Assembly (NCBI GenBank): GCA_030141605.1
Contig: JAQGDQ010000161.1
Coordinates: 372,001-436,000 of the forward strand
Direction of reading: 5' to 3'
DNA from: Tubiluchus corallicola
Taxonomy: Eukaryota; Animalia; Priapulida
DNA length: 64,000 bases
Positions 1-15,300 of this stretch are shown in pieces. The notes beneath the pieces were generated by a model. The model had not been told where the DNA came from and did no database searches. It saw only the letters and a list, made by a program, of their open reading frames with translations. Position numbers and translations under genes: made by a program. The number at the start of each line of letters is the position of its first letter. Within the stretch, counting starts at the first letter, position 1.

Positions 1-238
1 CCAGACTCTCATCTTCCTCCTTTTCTGCTTTATCAGTGATGGCAGCTCTTTCAACAGGACCAGTTTTCTGTTTAAGGCTTTTAGCACGTTTGTGATCGGG
101 AAGATGCTCGGGTGGCTCAATACGAATGTCGGGATCCCAGATGCTAGGTGGCAGCACAATAGCATTGCTAAGAAACTCATCAATTCCACATAAGAGCTCT
201 TGACGAGTGAGGGCTTTATATACGACTTCGTGAAAGAC
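1..238 (-). CDS. SLC4 exon ([43 protein letters not shown]...), cut by window edge
   Basis: Acceptor ttacAG at 240-239; frame open to the edge; conserved SLC4 motif. Confidence 0.95.
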
Positions 239-3200
239 CTGTAATAATGTGACACAATAAGCCTTTTCACAGTTCCTTTGATTGATAATGATCGTGAAAA
301 GGTCAAAGGTTAAGTGTACCATAATATTTGTGTACATATGTCAGAACCTTGCAGCCCATGCTATTGTAATAGGAGCTGTTTTAGCAGCTAACTAGAATCA
401 TTTATTCTTGTTCCCAGGCGAGATCCTGCTAGTAAATCACTCTGTATTGAACATACTAATGCATAATTATGTAAAGTCCTTGTAAAACAAGTGAAGTTAC
501 TGAAATGATGTGGCAGATGGCTTTGTTTTACCCACATGTCACGTGGCAGTTGTAGTTAAGACGCATTGCTGGGGTTCACTTAACCTTTGACCTACAGCAA
601 CTGTCCATACGCACAGCGAAACTGCCTTTTTGACGTTGTCATTACCGTAACATAATTTTCTAAAAAATTAGTTCAAACTTTTTGGTAATAGCATAGTTTA
701 TTAAACTTTATTTAAAGCAGTCAGATGAATTATACGCACATTATGCCATAACATGTAATCGAGATGTTAGCGATTTCATTCCTGATGTAATAAATGAATT
801 TAGGGTAATGAGTGCTATGAATTAAGGTGACAATGATTCAACTTAATAAAATGCAGTAACTAAATTCCTATAATTTAGTAATCTAACTGTGCAATCCCAT
901 ATTTTAGCCACCAACAAATGCAATGTATCTATCATTTATCATTGTTTCTCAAATACACGCAGAAAACGGTTTGGAAAATGCACCTTTTTCAACTTCCTTA
1001 TTCTCATGATGTATTCTCAAATCTCATAATGATATTACCTTCAATGTCTTCAGCATGTAGCTTCTTCAATTACATTTACATTATACGTCAAAAACAAATA
1101 AACAAGCTCAATTATTCACACAAATTCAGTAACAATACGACAAGCCATTACTTCGTCTGTCAGAAGGACTCCTAGGGCTCTGCCAATATGAGCATACTTC
1201 TGAGCACTGTCTCGCGGACCAAGCAGCATAAAACAGAATCTTGTGGGAATCATGACTTCAGTCATATTTGGAATGAAAACAGCTGGGTGAAGACGAACAA
1301 AGCAGCTGACAGTGTTCTGCAAGAAGTCGACCTCCCCCAGCAAGATGCTAGCCGACTCTGAACCATGTGGGATCTTATGCATCATGTATTCATGATGGGC
1401 CTACAATGAAAAATTTTAAAGTCATCCAAAACATGTGCTTGACATTTTGTTGTACTGTGTTTTAGTTTAACTGTGAAACATCAGATATGCAAAGACATGC
1501 AAAAAGTCTTGCTCCTTACAGCATTCGACTGCCAGGTTTTCTGTCGCAAGTTTTCTCTCTCACGGCAAACTCGTAATTTTGAACTGCTTTACGAGTTACT
1601 GTCGGCAAGTTATTGCAAACTCTCTGATAGTTGCTGCAAGCTGATGTACTGTTCTAATATGAATGTTTGGGCGAGTTTTTCTTCATACTTCTCCCAGCAA
1701 AGACTAGAGAAGTGAGAGTCAGTTCGCGCTTACATTTGGAGTTGCAATAAGTTTTGCTCTCTAGTCTGAACGCACTTGCTGGTTACTTGACGACTTACTG
1801 GCGAGAAAACTTGCTAGTCTGAACGTACCATTAATTACAATTATTGATTTCCATACTACCATGTGATGGCTATGTTAGCCCTAAAAATTTTGCAATTTAT
1901 TCTTGGTTTAGCTTGCTGATCTTCTGAAAATGTTTCCTATGTCATGTGAAGATGGCCACAGATTGTGGTTGAAATGACTGTGTGAATCAAAGCCAAATTT
2001 GTGTGCAAATCTGATGTTCCAGCTGGTCAAATTATCTGTGGTGATTTTTTTATTACAAAAAGTTGTAAATAGAAAAAATACAATAAACATGACTCAGTGA
2101 ATAGTAACGATTTTTTAGTGAAATAGTATATTATGGAAGTATGTCAACATTGTAATTTCACCACTCTCTCATTATTGGAAAAGCATATTGTCTATCAGCT
2201 TTACAGTAAAGAAAGCTATTCCACTATAAAAAAAGCCATTTGTCATAATGGATACAACATAATGGATACCATAGTAAAGGAATGGCTGACAAATTATTGA
2301 TAAATAATTACAAAATTTGACCAAAGCGATTGTAAGACAATTTGTGATTGTCAGTGAGACTACTAGTATATGCAAAAGTGGAAATGATTTAATAAGTATT
2401 ATAATAAGCAATAAATATTTACTAATAGAATTATTTTTTAAGAATAATAGGCCTGTAGCAATATGACAGACAGCACTAGCATGGTTCAACTAAAGACCAC
2501 AATAAAATAGCAAACCAAAAATGCTTTTTCCATTTTCCACTTTTGCTAGTTATTGGATATACAGCTATTATAATATTAATAATCTGTGTTGAAAAAGAAA
2601 TTTATTTGAAATATGGTTGTTTAGTAGATTTATTAGGCTTACCATCACCATAAAAACTAAATAAAAGTGGGAGGAAGCAACAAGTCAGCAACTAAAAATA
2701 GAAAAATAGTAAGTTGCTCTTTTTAATATAAAATAACACTTTTATTATGACAGTTGTTATTTCATATTAAAAAGAAATTCACAGTACAGATTATTTTAGT
2801 AGGTTTTTTATCTTATTTTAGTATAGCCTGTCTCTGTTTGATCTTGATATCATCAATTAATATTACAATTACATACTTAACATGTATTCAATTTCTTAAG
2901 CAAGTTAATAGATCAAAATTCACAGATTTGATGAAATCTTGTTCTAAGACTACTATCAAACTTCTAAGATGTGCTTAGTTCACACACATCACACAATCAA
3001 TAATACAGATCATGCCATTCGATACAATATAACAATTACGCAAAACGTGATCAGATGTGGTTTCTTTAAGACTACCACAGATACATGCAGACACATATAT
3101 AGAGTACAGACCTATTGTTTTTTCTTGGCAATTATCCAGAAATCCAGGAATATGCACGACATTATAATCATTATCCCTGAACACACATTATTATATGTAA

Positions 3201-3303
3201 CAAAGATCATATAAATTAGAACTATTACAGAAGAATCTCTCTCTCTGAATTTTTTTTAATCTAACATTTTATTTCACAATACAATCTCACACAAATGATA
3301 AAT

Positions 3304-3394
<91 letters not shown>

Positions 3395-6300
3395 CTCTCT
3401 CTTTTGCTCTACTCATTACCAATACCAAGATGTTGGCTTGAAAAAACAAAATGTGCAGTCAAAAGTGCAAGTCTCAAAAAACTATTCTGAATCATTCTCA
3501 TCTACAGTTGTGCTTTTCCACGTCAGAAAGAGAAGTTAAAAAATAGAGAAAGCATCTAACCCAAACCAATTAGTGAAATTATTGTTTTAGCTGCCCGCTT
3601 TATAGGAGTGTCAAAAAAATTTTGCAAAAAAGGTAAATTCGGGTACGTGCGGGATTTTCAAGCATGCCGTCTTTTTGCAAAACTTTTTGACTACTCCTAT
3701 ATAAAAGAAATACAAATAATTCTAATTCGTACCATACCCATAAATATGCGTTTATCCATGAATTTACTCTACCTAAAGGCTAATAAATAATGTTACTCAT
3801 TAAATAATATCAAAATAACAAAAAATCGTCTAGTAATTAAACAAAACATGAACAATTGGTCTACTAGGCAGAACGGCCGTTTACACGCCTCAGATATAAT
3901 ACAAGTTTGACGAGTGTAAAAAGTTTATAAATTTTAAAACCATTAACCTTATTACATAATCTGCTACGTAGGTCTTTCTCACTTGCTTTTCTTTGTCGCA
4001 AGAATTCATCTATTAACGGAATGGTTTAAATCTCTAGGGTACGTAGCAGATAGGTTGTTGAAAGTTAAGCATTATTAGATCTGCCCTTGCCCTTACGTCA
4101 TTGGCATAATCCTCAGTTAAGAAAAGCTATGTACTAAAAACAAAGAAATTGGGCTACGTATCATAATTTAGCATCATTTTTATAGCATCATACGCTCGAG
4201 CGACAACTGTTAAGTGAAAACAATTAACAACATCCACGATATTTTGAACTCGGAATGAAAGTAAATTTTTTGCTTGAATACGCAATTCCAAGTCAGTGCT
4301 TCCCTGTAATAAGACTGATAATTTAGTATCTATAGCTGACCTTCAAAAGCCACTACGTCAAAAAGCAAGAGCGAGTGAATGGTTGCCCCATTGAAATTGG
4401 ATCTCATTTAAAAATGCTGGATCATTTAATAGACAATTAGATAAAGTTTGTGTTAAATAAAGCCATTAAAACAACGTTCATAATATAGAAATATGTTATG
4501 AATTGAAGGCCACATTAACCATAGATCAGCAGCCTAACTTGCATAATCCAAGGGCAGATCATAATCAGGGCCCACTCGTCTTACATAACCTTTAGTCAAA
4601 AAGTAAAATTCAGCCAGACTAGCGAAATTTTTGGCGAATGAATATCTCCATACTCTGACCTGCTTTCAACCTACTGTGACTAGTATAACAGAATTTTGGC
4701 TAAAAAATCGACTATAACTAAAATTTTGACTAAAAAATTCGTAAGAGAGCTGGTCCTGCAAAATCTGTGCTTATCACAGATCTGTTAGATATAAAACCGT
4801 ATAATAGCATAAAAATGATACGTATATGCTTATAGTCCTGAAACAAAACGTTTTTAAAATTATTTAAACGACTTTTCACGACAATAATTTACCCGTGTTA
4901 ATAGCACAACAAAAGAGCATGCGCCACAGCATAAGGGATGCAAAACATATTGCAAAAGAACCCGCTCAGAATTAAGCACAGTTACTTCACAGCTCAAACA
5001 AATCACATAATTCACAGCTCAAAACTACACAATAGATTTTACATATTCTAAATTAACAAAGCATTTTGTTCTAATCAGTTTTAAATTCTGCAAATATGAA
5101 ATTGATAGGTACCAAAAGGCTCAAAAATTTCACAATTAGCCAACAGCTACTGATAAATTGTTTAGCAAATTGGGCCCTAGCAAATTATGTTCTAACAGGT
5201 GTGAAAGGAGTGCGCTAGCATTACAGTTTGGAAATGCATGCATAGCACAATGGAAATACACACAAAAGACAAATATTATAATGCTTCTATAGAATAGTTT
5301 TTTATGTTGATAAGTCTATGCATTGTCAAGTTCTAGTTGGTCTGCCCTTAGGAGATACAACTTATTCTTGAACCAGTTCATTAATAGCTTCAAAAAACGT
5401 GCAAATAAAATACCTTTTGCTGTGTGTCAACTTCATCCACAGCTTCAACATAATTGTGGGATAGCTGTGCATCTGGCACGTCGTTTGTGAAGTCGGGCAC
5501 ACTGCTATCCTTACCGCCGCCCTTCATATGTGATATGGCTGAAAAAAAGATGTTTGTGTAGTGCCTACCCTGCAGGCTGGTATACAGTATCTAACAGCAG
5601 GAAGTCTTTATCAAGTTCATGGTTGTCAGTCAGTCACAATTAAGCCAAATAACTTATTTCTAATCTTTCAAGAAGAGATGGTAAACCAGCAGAAGTCTTG
5701 TTCAAATTTATACCTCAGTCAGATCAACAGCCGCGGCCTTCCGGCGATGAAGCTGCTCAAAAGCAATTTTCCTGACAGACACACGTCCATTTAATAACTA
5801 GGCCCAGAACTGTTTAACTTCAGTCACAAAGCAGAAACCGTTTCAATACCCTCATACTTTCAATACTCAGCTGTTTCAATACCCTGAGATGTTTACACAC
5901 GATCAACTATTCATGACAGCCTTGTTACAAGACGTTAGACAAGGTGGTGATGTATCATCGCTCTTGTTTCAGGTTCACATCACGTAATCACAGAAACAGT
6001 TACTTTGCTAAAAATTCGTCTAATTATAAAAATGAATTTTAAACTGCATCTATGAAATACGTTTACTGGATTCTCCGCTGTGGGCAACAATGGTATATTA
6101 GATTTGCTAACAATGAGTAATTTATCGAAAGAGCTTCATCTACATACAAGTAATAGGCCTAACGCAGAGCTCTGCTGCCGCTGAAAAGTTGAGCGAGCCC
6201 TTAAACTCTGACTTAGTAAATTCCGGGACGTCACTCATACGCCAGAATAATCCACGGTGCTTTGGACCTGAGGTTATCTGTTGATTGCACATGTTTTCTT

Positions 6301-9300
6301 CCTGAAACCTATCTTTACTAATACAGAAGCGTACCAGTATATTTACAAATCAACTATTCGACTTTTCATGGAGTAATGCAGTAACATCTGGGCTGATGCC
6401 TCATCTTGTTCACCTTAACCTACTTGACAGATTGCAAAAAGCGTATTGCATCGTATCAATCTAGTTAGGGGTCAAACCCAAGTCCCTTGCTCATCGAAAG
6501 TTAGTTGCTATGTTAAGCCTTTTCTGTCCCTACTTCTTTAGATGATGTTCTCAAGACCTCTTGCCACTGGCTCTTAGATGCTGACTGTTAGTTCGAAGTA
6601 CTCGCTTTTCTGTTGCTTCTCATAGGCGTACCTTGGACATTACTACATGTGGAATAACTGCTTAAAATCGAGTTTCGTCCCCTGGGGCTTCTTATCTGTG
6701 GAGTCCTCTACCAGAAAATTATTTCCCCGAAAACTACAACCTCGCTTGATTCAAGAAGAACATCAGCTCTTCTCTTCTATCGCCTGTACAGTAGCTACAC
6801 AAATTCTATTTTTTGAACATATTTTTTGGACATCTTCTCCTCTTTATTGTAACGATGTAGCCTCTTACCGTAATGGCTTTCAGCCTCATTTAGGGCGATT
6901 TATATAAAAATAATGCTAATGAGGTAGTGTAAAGTCGCAAAACACATAAAAAAAACCGTGAAAGTACTAAAATGTGGTAAAGTTGGATATACCTGCACAG
7001 TTAACCAAACTGGCTTAGGTAATAAAGGGCACAATAAGCTCAACACAATATCAGTCAATACTTTTCAACTTAGATTCATAGGGAAAAATATAAATGACTA
7101 AAACGATGAGTATATCAACAAAGCACAGGGCCAGCCCTAGGTAGTTTGACTCCTTAGGCAAAAGTACTTTGGCGTTGGCGCCCGCTAGGCAAAAGTGACG
7201 CCGCCTTCTTAAAGGCAACCCCTTCCCCATGGTCCCATTTGAAACTGAATTATGTTATATATAATGAAGTATAATAGTACCTGTGTGTTAAGTTATACAT
7301 GTGCTATACTGTGCTAATTAACTCAAGTTAATTGTCTACCTACAGCTGCTTTGTGATGATTTCATTTGAAATAGAATTTATGAAACCACTGTACGCAGAC
7401 AGCCTCCTAAAGCAAGCAAAATTTCTTCAATTTCTGTTGCACGTACTTATTATACACACTCTTGGCTTAAATTTCCACACAGTCCTTTCATTAAAAAATT
7501 TTGATATAGTAATTCTTCTTTTTCACGTACGTCTATTTCACTAGTTTCATCACCTTCGCTAGCTGCAACTCTGGTTTGGTAGCAAATATTTCATTAGCGA
7601 ATCTGTTCGAAACGTTTTCTGCTTTTCATTTCCTATATTATCCTGCTGAAGGCCTCGATTCTTATAGGTCTATCAGCTAAAATTAGATAAATGCTATTGC
7701 AAGAAAGTTTTTTTATTACGGAAGGAGTCGTTTGACTAGAAAATAATGCAAGTAGTTCGTGTTATTTAATTAAAGTGTTGTGCACTTAAGCAGTACACAT
7801 ACACTGTAGTTAATGCTTCAGCCAAAGTTAAAAATTAATGACTTAAAGGACAAGAAAAGGGGTACCTGAAGTAGGTTTCAGAAAAATCGCCTTAAAAATT
7901 ATATTACTTTATAGCAATTTTATGTGTATATCTTACTCGCACTGAAAGGAATTTTAGTGTAATTTCATTTTAAATCTCCCGCAATACTGTTCCGATGTCG
8001 CCATTACATAACGTCATGTACCAAACGTAAATCAAGGGAAGAAAAGGCAATGTTAAACTATGTCTCAAAAGACTTTCCGTGCAAATCTATGTTACTTAGC
8101 TTTTTGCTTACCTGCTAAAAAGACTCATGTAACTAGAAAAGAAAATTATTAATTATTTAAAATGTTTTCACCAATTGGTAAAATGTCGCTGACTCACCCT
8201 CCAGGGTGCACCACTCACTAACCAAAAAACGTATTTTAATCTTATTGACAAGATACAGTCATTTTAAATTTTATTTAGTTAGTGACTTTTGCCCTACAAA
8301 TGCTCTAATTATTTTTTCAAACTTTACAAAATGTCATCTGAACTTGTTTCAAATGACCTGTCGTGAAAATGGCTGCGTCTAACGGTCATCGCGGGAGTTT
8401 AAATTTACAAGTTATATACAGCGTGACTGCCGATTGAAGTCCTGCACGCAAAAAGGCAGTACGTCAGTGATATAAAATTTCAAAACGAATTTTTTAAGCT
8501 TTATGTTTATGAAGGGTTTTCTTGTGCTTTAAGAACTCGGCGTCCGCCAAAATTTGGCGCCCTAGGCAACTGCCTAGTTCGCCTAGCGGTAGTGCCGGCC
8601 CTGACAAAGCTATATTCACACTGCGATTGACTATGACTCAGCGCACTGATTTTCTAAATATTAATAAACATGTTTTCAAAACATCAGCAATCAGCTGTTG
8701 ATCTGAACCATGACCAGATTTTGCAAAAACATATTTGACTATCTGAAAAAAGGCACAAAGCCGCGCGTGCGTTGACCTTAAACTATTAATGGCAGCAGTA
8801 ATGTCTACATAAGATAAGACCGAACTAATATGCTTAATCTTATCAGGGTAAAATAAATAAATACACTACAGGAATAACGACAACAGTAACACAATGACGT
8901 GGTTAGTATGGTAAGCATAATGGAGCTGAAGCACCACTTCAGCTCGTCTGTTCAGACGTGGCTTCCTTCCACTGTTATGCTGTTACTGCCTGTTAGTGCT
9001 CAGTAAATTCCAGCAATGCACTAATTTCAAAAGATTAGAACACGTTAAACACCAACCAACCAGGTCAGTAGAGCAGCCTGTACTAGGGAGCAACAAAAAG
9101 TGGTGAGAGACTGAGAGCGATGGTTAAGCGATACAGATTCTGATGGTTTCACATTAGTAAGCTTGACAGGTAGTAACAATGGAGTTCATCGACCTTATCT
9201 TTGGAAAGTTTACTGTATAAGGAAATTCACAGATATCATAGCGCCGTATTTATATAGGGCTTTACAGATATTTTTGGTACCATACACTTCTAGTCTTGTA

Positions 9301-12300
9301 ACTCTTCCTGATCTCTCGTTTAGTCAGTTTAAAAAAATAACGAAATGATTGCTACAATTTTTTGCTTTGAACCAAGGACATCTTAACTAATCACTCAACT
9401 AAATTTTAGCTCAACTGGGTAAATACTTTTAGAGTTGAAAAAAGCGTGAAGGACAAGGTGCGTGAGTGAATGAATGAAGGAATCGCCAGATTTTTTCTAT
9501 AACCTAAGCTAACCCTCGGGGAATGTATACAATACTAATTGTATGACAGCACAAGATTTCTTGGTTCAACTACTACACAGTAGCTAGTAGCATATTATAG
9601 TCACATCAAGGCAAAACAAATTTGCGGTTTCAGTAAGTTGTGGGTGGTAGCTGGTAAGCTTTTCAGCTACTTAACTTATTAGGAAGAGCAACCTACAATG
9701 CAGACGATGTTGTTTTTTCCGTTGTCAAGGACAAACCAATATATATCACGCTTTCTATAGCTATACAAACTAATACCTTACATCCAGCAAACAGAAACTA
9801 GTCCGGAATGCGAAGCATTGGATTAATCGCTTATTGAGTTTTTCTGCCTAACTGCCTCGGTAAGTCACTTGGAACAGCATTTTCAGTTGTCACAGAATTT
9901 GCTTTTCGTAAAAATTTAGAATACGGAGTAACTATATTGTGACGTCACAATATAAAAACCAGTTAAAAAACTTAAGATAAGATAAGATGCTTATTCAGGA
10001 TAATCTTGAATGAGCAGAAGCTCTCTGACAACAAGATCCTGATTGGTGCTCTGCAAGTATTTTAAAAATTTAAAAACATGAATACATTTAATAAACAATA
10101 ATAAAATTTCGCAAAGATATACAATATACAAAAAACTACGCAAGTACTGGATCTAATACAAGATATTGTGATGCCACGATATTACATAAACATTTTAAAA
10201 TGAATGAGATGCGCAACATGACACAATAGACCTCTTTATAGAGTTACTGTAAAAGCGAGTAAAAAAGTATTTAGCTGATTCTCTAGTTGGCCAGAAATGA
10301 AAAAGAGAAAAGTGCAAAAATCTGGACCCATCTGCTTCTGGTAAAACGTAAATTAGGATCTATTTGCTGGAAAAAGGAAAGTATGCAAAGGAAAAGCGTA
10401 AATTAATCCTAGTTTGACTGAGACAGTCAATGTACGTACATCAGCCCCTAGATTCATAAAAAACTTCAAACGCGAGCAGACTTATGCTTGTTTGTTGTAA
10501 GAACGATAAAAACACATCTACAGCTGGTATCACTGAACAAATAGTTCCGATGGTATCAAGTTCTAAACTATCTGTAAACAACTGGCAAATTTAACAGATC
10601 TTAAGATGCATATAGAGTTAAAAGTGTAAAATCTTCGTAAGCAATCCTCTCCTTAAAGTCTGGATACATGTAATTTGAAGCAGCAAAACTACTTGCCAGG
10701 CAAATAAACGGCAAAAACAAAATTTAAAGGAAAACAGGGTGATTTTTCATATCATTCCGCATTTTGAAGCAAGGTGAAGAGTATACATTTTAACATCTAT
10801 AATAATACCAAAAGCGCTTCTGATAATTAAATTATAGGTTGAAAAGTTAATTAATGGGAGGGGGCGAGTGATGACATCACAACTGAAAATAATTTTCAAC
10901 AGCGCAAACGTTCCATGAGCACGCACGTGTTTGCATAAGCGAAAACTGCTAAGCACAGTGTTGCTGTACTACAGTCAGTGTGATATTCAAAAACGTGGCA
11001 AATTTAAAATTTTTAAAAGTTTCAAGTTTATCACTGTAATCACGCATGAGCTCTGGAACGTGTGTATTACGTCACAACCGAACACCGTCAGATCTGAACT
11101 GAGAGGTGCAAGACCTGCTTCTTTTGCAATGCATTTCGGAGATAGAGTAGCTAGTGCCCATCTAACTACCAAATGGCCAAATGCATGTAACAGCAAAGAA
11201 CTATAAGCGCAAACACGAAATTGCATTCTTGTGATAACAATTCTTTCACGTTAATCATTCTAAAAAAATAGCATGTTCTCTTTCAATATTTTATGGAGTG
11301 ATAGATTGCTTCAGCTATAGTTTAAGATAGGGTACACTTTCCCTGTTACAAAACTCTCCAGACCTACTAATATAATAATATTAAAATGAGATAATAATTT
11401 CTTTTGTAAAACTATTGCTAAACTCAAATGTGGAGTAATCTTGTATTGTTCGTAAGACAAGTACAGATTTATCAAATGTCAACGTTATGCTGTCTGATTG
11501 CCGCTATTCCTCTAACTGTTCATTCTCCTTAGAAAGTTTTTGTAAACTTATATGTCACAACTACATGAAGTTTAAAGATTTCAATCAGAAAACTGCAAAA
11601 TTGGCTATCGTGTCATCTTTTATTGTTTTTAAACCCAAAAACGAACCAGAGTGGGCAGATCCAATCTTTTTAGTTCTGCAAATGTTTTAGTCCTGTTTTA
11701 CAATTTAATTTTGACTATATTATCACTGCAATAATTTTAGGCAATATACAACTTTTTATAATATCGAAATCAACTTATAACAATGTATTGCGTTATTTTA
11801 TCATGAAATTTGATCTCAATTCTGCACTTTTTAATCTACATTGCACCAGTCTTTAAGACTAGTATACATCTTCTGTTCATATATTTATATACTGCTTGTC
11901 AGATTACGTGTAGTGTGTGTGTTACAGTGTACATTTGTTTTTGTGTGTGTAATTCCTGCTTTTGGACTAAAAGTCCAACTAATGGAATGTATTTCTTTTA
12001 TTTATAACAACTAAAATGATATTATACTACTAGATGACAGATTACAAAATTTAATGACCAACTGTGAAACAATACAGCTAAAGCTTATTAGATTAGCCAA
12101 ACCATGAAAAAGCTCAGATGGCATGGTATATTATAAGCTACTTACTTTTGATAAGAGGCATCGCTTTTCTGATAAGCTGATGAGTAAATTTGGTGAGGAG
12201 GACACTACGAACGGCTTCAGCTTGTTCATTGTCCACCTGACCCTCAGCTTCCAGTTTTTCCACAATAACATCTGCAGAAAGAAATGATAAAAATGAAACA

Positions 12301-15300
12301 ACTTTTTAACCAAATGTTAAAGAATGATATTTTAATCTCTCAAAAACCCCGGTAGTAGGGACAGTACGTAAGATTCTTTATAGGAAGGCAGCTGTTAGGG
12401 TCTACTCTAACTTTCAAACTAATATTCTCTACACGGGATATCTTGTTACTTTTTCAAATCGTTATTGTTATATCTGTAGTTTTTAGCGCGAGTTTTTCAC
12501 GTATTGTTCATTTTCATGTTTTACGTGTGATACTAATACGTAACTGAACTACATGTGTATGTAGATTTGAATAAATAAATAAATAAATAATGATGATGAT
12601 GATGTTAATGATAATGATAGCTATAATTTGTATTTCTCCTCATTAAATACTGAGTAAACGACAATTTATGTATAAATTGGCAGTTTAGTTAACATCTCAA
12701 AAATCTTGTAGAAGAGAGATAACTTGAGTAACCCATCATCACAAATATTTCTTTCAAAAAGAGTGTACGACATATAAGCAATTATACTTTTAGTCTGGGA
12801 TTATAAATAATAACTTGCATTTTACCTATGTTCAACAGAGGGACATAGACTTTCACCCTAAAAGAATTAAAACTTACACTGACATGTTTACCAAAAATAT
12901 GAGGAAAATAACATGTCTGTCTTTCTCTACCATCGTCTAAAAATTTGCTAACAGTACTTTATGAAAAACTTTGATTAACTTTGCTCAAAACAACCAAAAA
13001 ATAAGGAACATGTTATTAATGATATACTGCAACATTGCCGTAGCATTGCAATACTAAATAACATGAAACATTTGACGTTTTTAGTAATCGAGTGACAACA
13101 AAATGGTTCGTGAAGCGGATTAAGTTAGGGTAAGGGTTAGGGAATTTAAATTGTGAAGAATTGTTAACTCCAATTCCCATTTTGATATACAGTACTTGAA
13201 TTATTTTTGAAGATGCTCTTATTAAGCGATATGAAATTAGAACAGGATTGTTACTAAAAGTGTAATAATATTTAGTGCATTTGAAATTGTGTTTCAACGT
13301 TGTCAGCCAACGATAGTTTAAAAAGTTGTCTGGGCAAATTTTTCAGTGTAAAATGTTTGACAAACGACTTTACACTACAATGAATTTGGTATCAGAAATG
13401 GAGAGAGTCCCCCGAGAAGCAATAAAAGGAAGCTCTCAAGACGCACAGTGACATTAAATGTATGATATAGGTACGTTTAATGGGTGGTCATTATTTACAC
13501 ATACGAATGGTAGATAGGAAAGCTTTTCAGTCGTAAATGACGTTAACTGGTTATTGAGAAAGCACGCGTATAAATGTGAAAATTCAAGACGTGTGAAGCA
13601 AGTGCCAACGTAAATGACGTCACGGGGGGGGGGAGCGTAGCGTAGATACGTATGAACCGCTGCATCAGGTGATTCGAACCAGCAAACTTAACAGCGTTTA
13701 AGTAGAAATTTATTATTTTTTATAACATATATAGGTTGCCACAACTCCTGATTTGGCCCGGAGTGTCCTGAAATTCGTATTTGGTCGGATTTTTGAAAAA
13801 TTCTGAAATCTCCTGATTTCGGCCACCACGTTGACATCTTGCATGCTATTAAACCGTTCCATAAGGCTAAGCTAAAGACAGCGAAATCTTTGCTAAATTA
13901 AATAGTAAACTTATTAAATTAAATAGTAAACGGTTACATGTCTTCCATTTAATGCACAATGCAAGTATTCTTCCGGTTTAGCTTTAATTCACTTAACGTA
14001 AATCATCTATCTCCAGAAATCTCAAAAACCTAAGAAATGCAGTGGGAAAGGGGAAGAACTCCAAAAAATGCTGCACACTGCTTACATTTTTGTAAATTTT
14101 AGGGTTTTAGGAATTTTTAGAGTCTCAAGAAATTTGTACTACTTTGTGGTTTAAATTTCTTTATTTTTGTTTCTCAAAAATGCCTCATAAAACGTCTAAA
14201 ATACAGAGGGCGCCGTCACCCCTGGATCTTAACTCCTGATTTCGGTTCGTGACGAGGTGGCAACCCTAAAAAGTGTGCCTGTACCTAACAAATAAAGACT
14301 AAAGCAACCACTCATTTAATAAATAGTTCATCCTATAAAGTGTCGTTTTGAGAAACCATGAACTATAAAAATCTTGAAAAAAGAAAGTTTCGTTAATATC
14401 CATCATCAGCTAAAATCGTAGATAAATAATTAGCATAGTAATCAAACTGTCATACAATTTAGTTAAATTAACTCCCATAACTAACTAGACGTAAAACAAA
14501 CAGCACCACCTCAGCATTACAGCAATAACCACTCTACTGAAAAATTAATTTCAATGTAATAACGTATCAATAATAGCAAGTAATATCAATTTTTCTTAAC
14601 TACGTGCTTTTGCATTTGGTTATAAAACAAAAAAGATGTTCAGATATGTGCACATTTTGCCGCCCTAACACCGATTATAAACGATGTAAACCAATTGATG
14701 TCTGTAGCATCAAGAAGCCACACACATTGGTTTCACTGATTCACACTAAACTAAGCACTAGGAAATGGTATTGTCTCTGTCTTCAACGCATGAAAGTTCG
14801 TTGGACTAACCGGATAAACCGCACTGCCAACTATTCCTATGAGCATTCTTGTCATTATAAATGTGAACCTCATAAATGTAAATGTAACGCAGCTCTGAAA
14901 TTAGGTTTTGGGTAAAAGCTCTTATAAATATCCTCGCAAATTTTCGCAAACCATGGGAAACCCGCTTCAGTAGAGAAAGTAATTATTTGTTTGTTATTAT
15001 AAAATTTTCGTTTTGGCTTGTAAAGCAGCCCGAAAGCTTTGCAGCACGCCCAAGCTCAAGACCCAGTGTGCATGTATAAACCTTCATTTAAAAACGCGCC
15101 TAGCTTTAAAATGTTAGTTTTAACTTCTAATATCACCTCAGCAAATTTTGTGAGTAATCGGCTAGTTATATTTATAAAAAGTTTAAAAAGCATTTTTCCA
15201 TAAAATGTAAGTATAAAATGTAAATATATCAGTCATTTGATTAAAATAAACAATATATGGGAAAAAAACTTGCATTACAATTACTCTAACTAAATCTTAA

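Noticed and set aside
3261-3490. ORFs with ER/SL runs (also 23998-24180, 48788-49057, 51802-52085, 53639-53975)
   Set aside because: Translations of microsatellites; only 51801-51841 and 53639-53739 are real FAAH exons.
6050-6900. Possible decayed retroelement coding sequence
   Set aside because: Composition is coding-like, but I could not recover any convincing RT or endonuclease motif.
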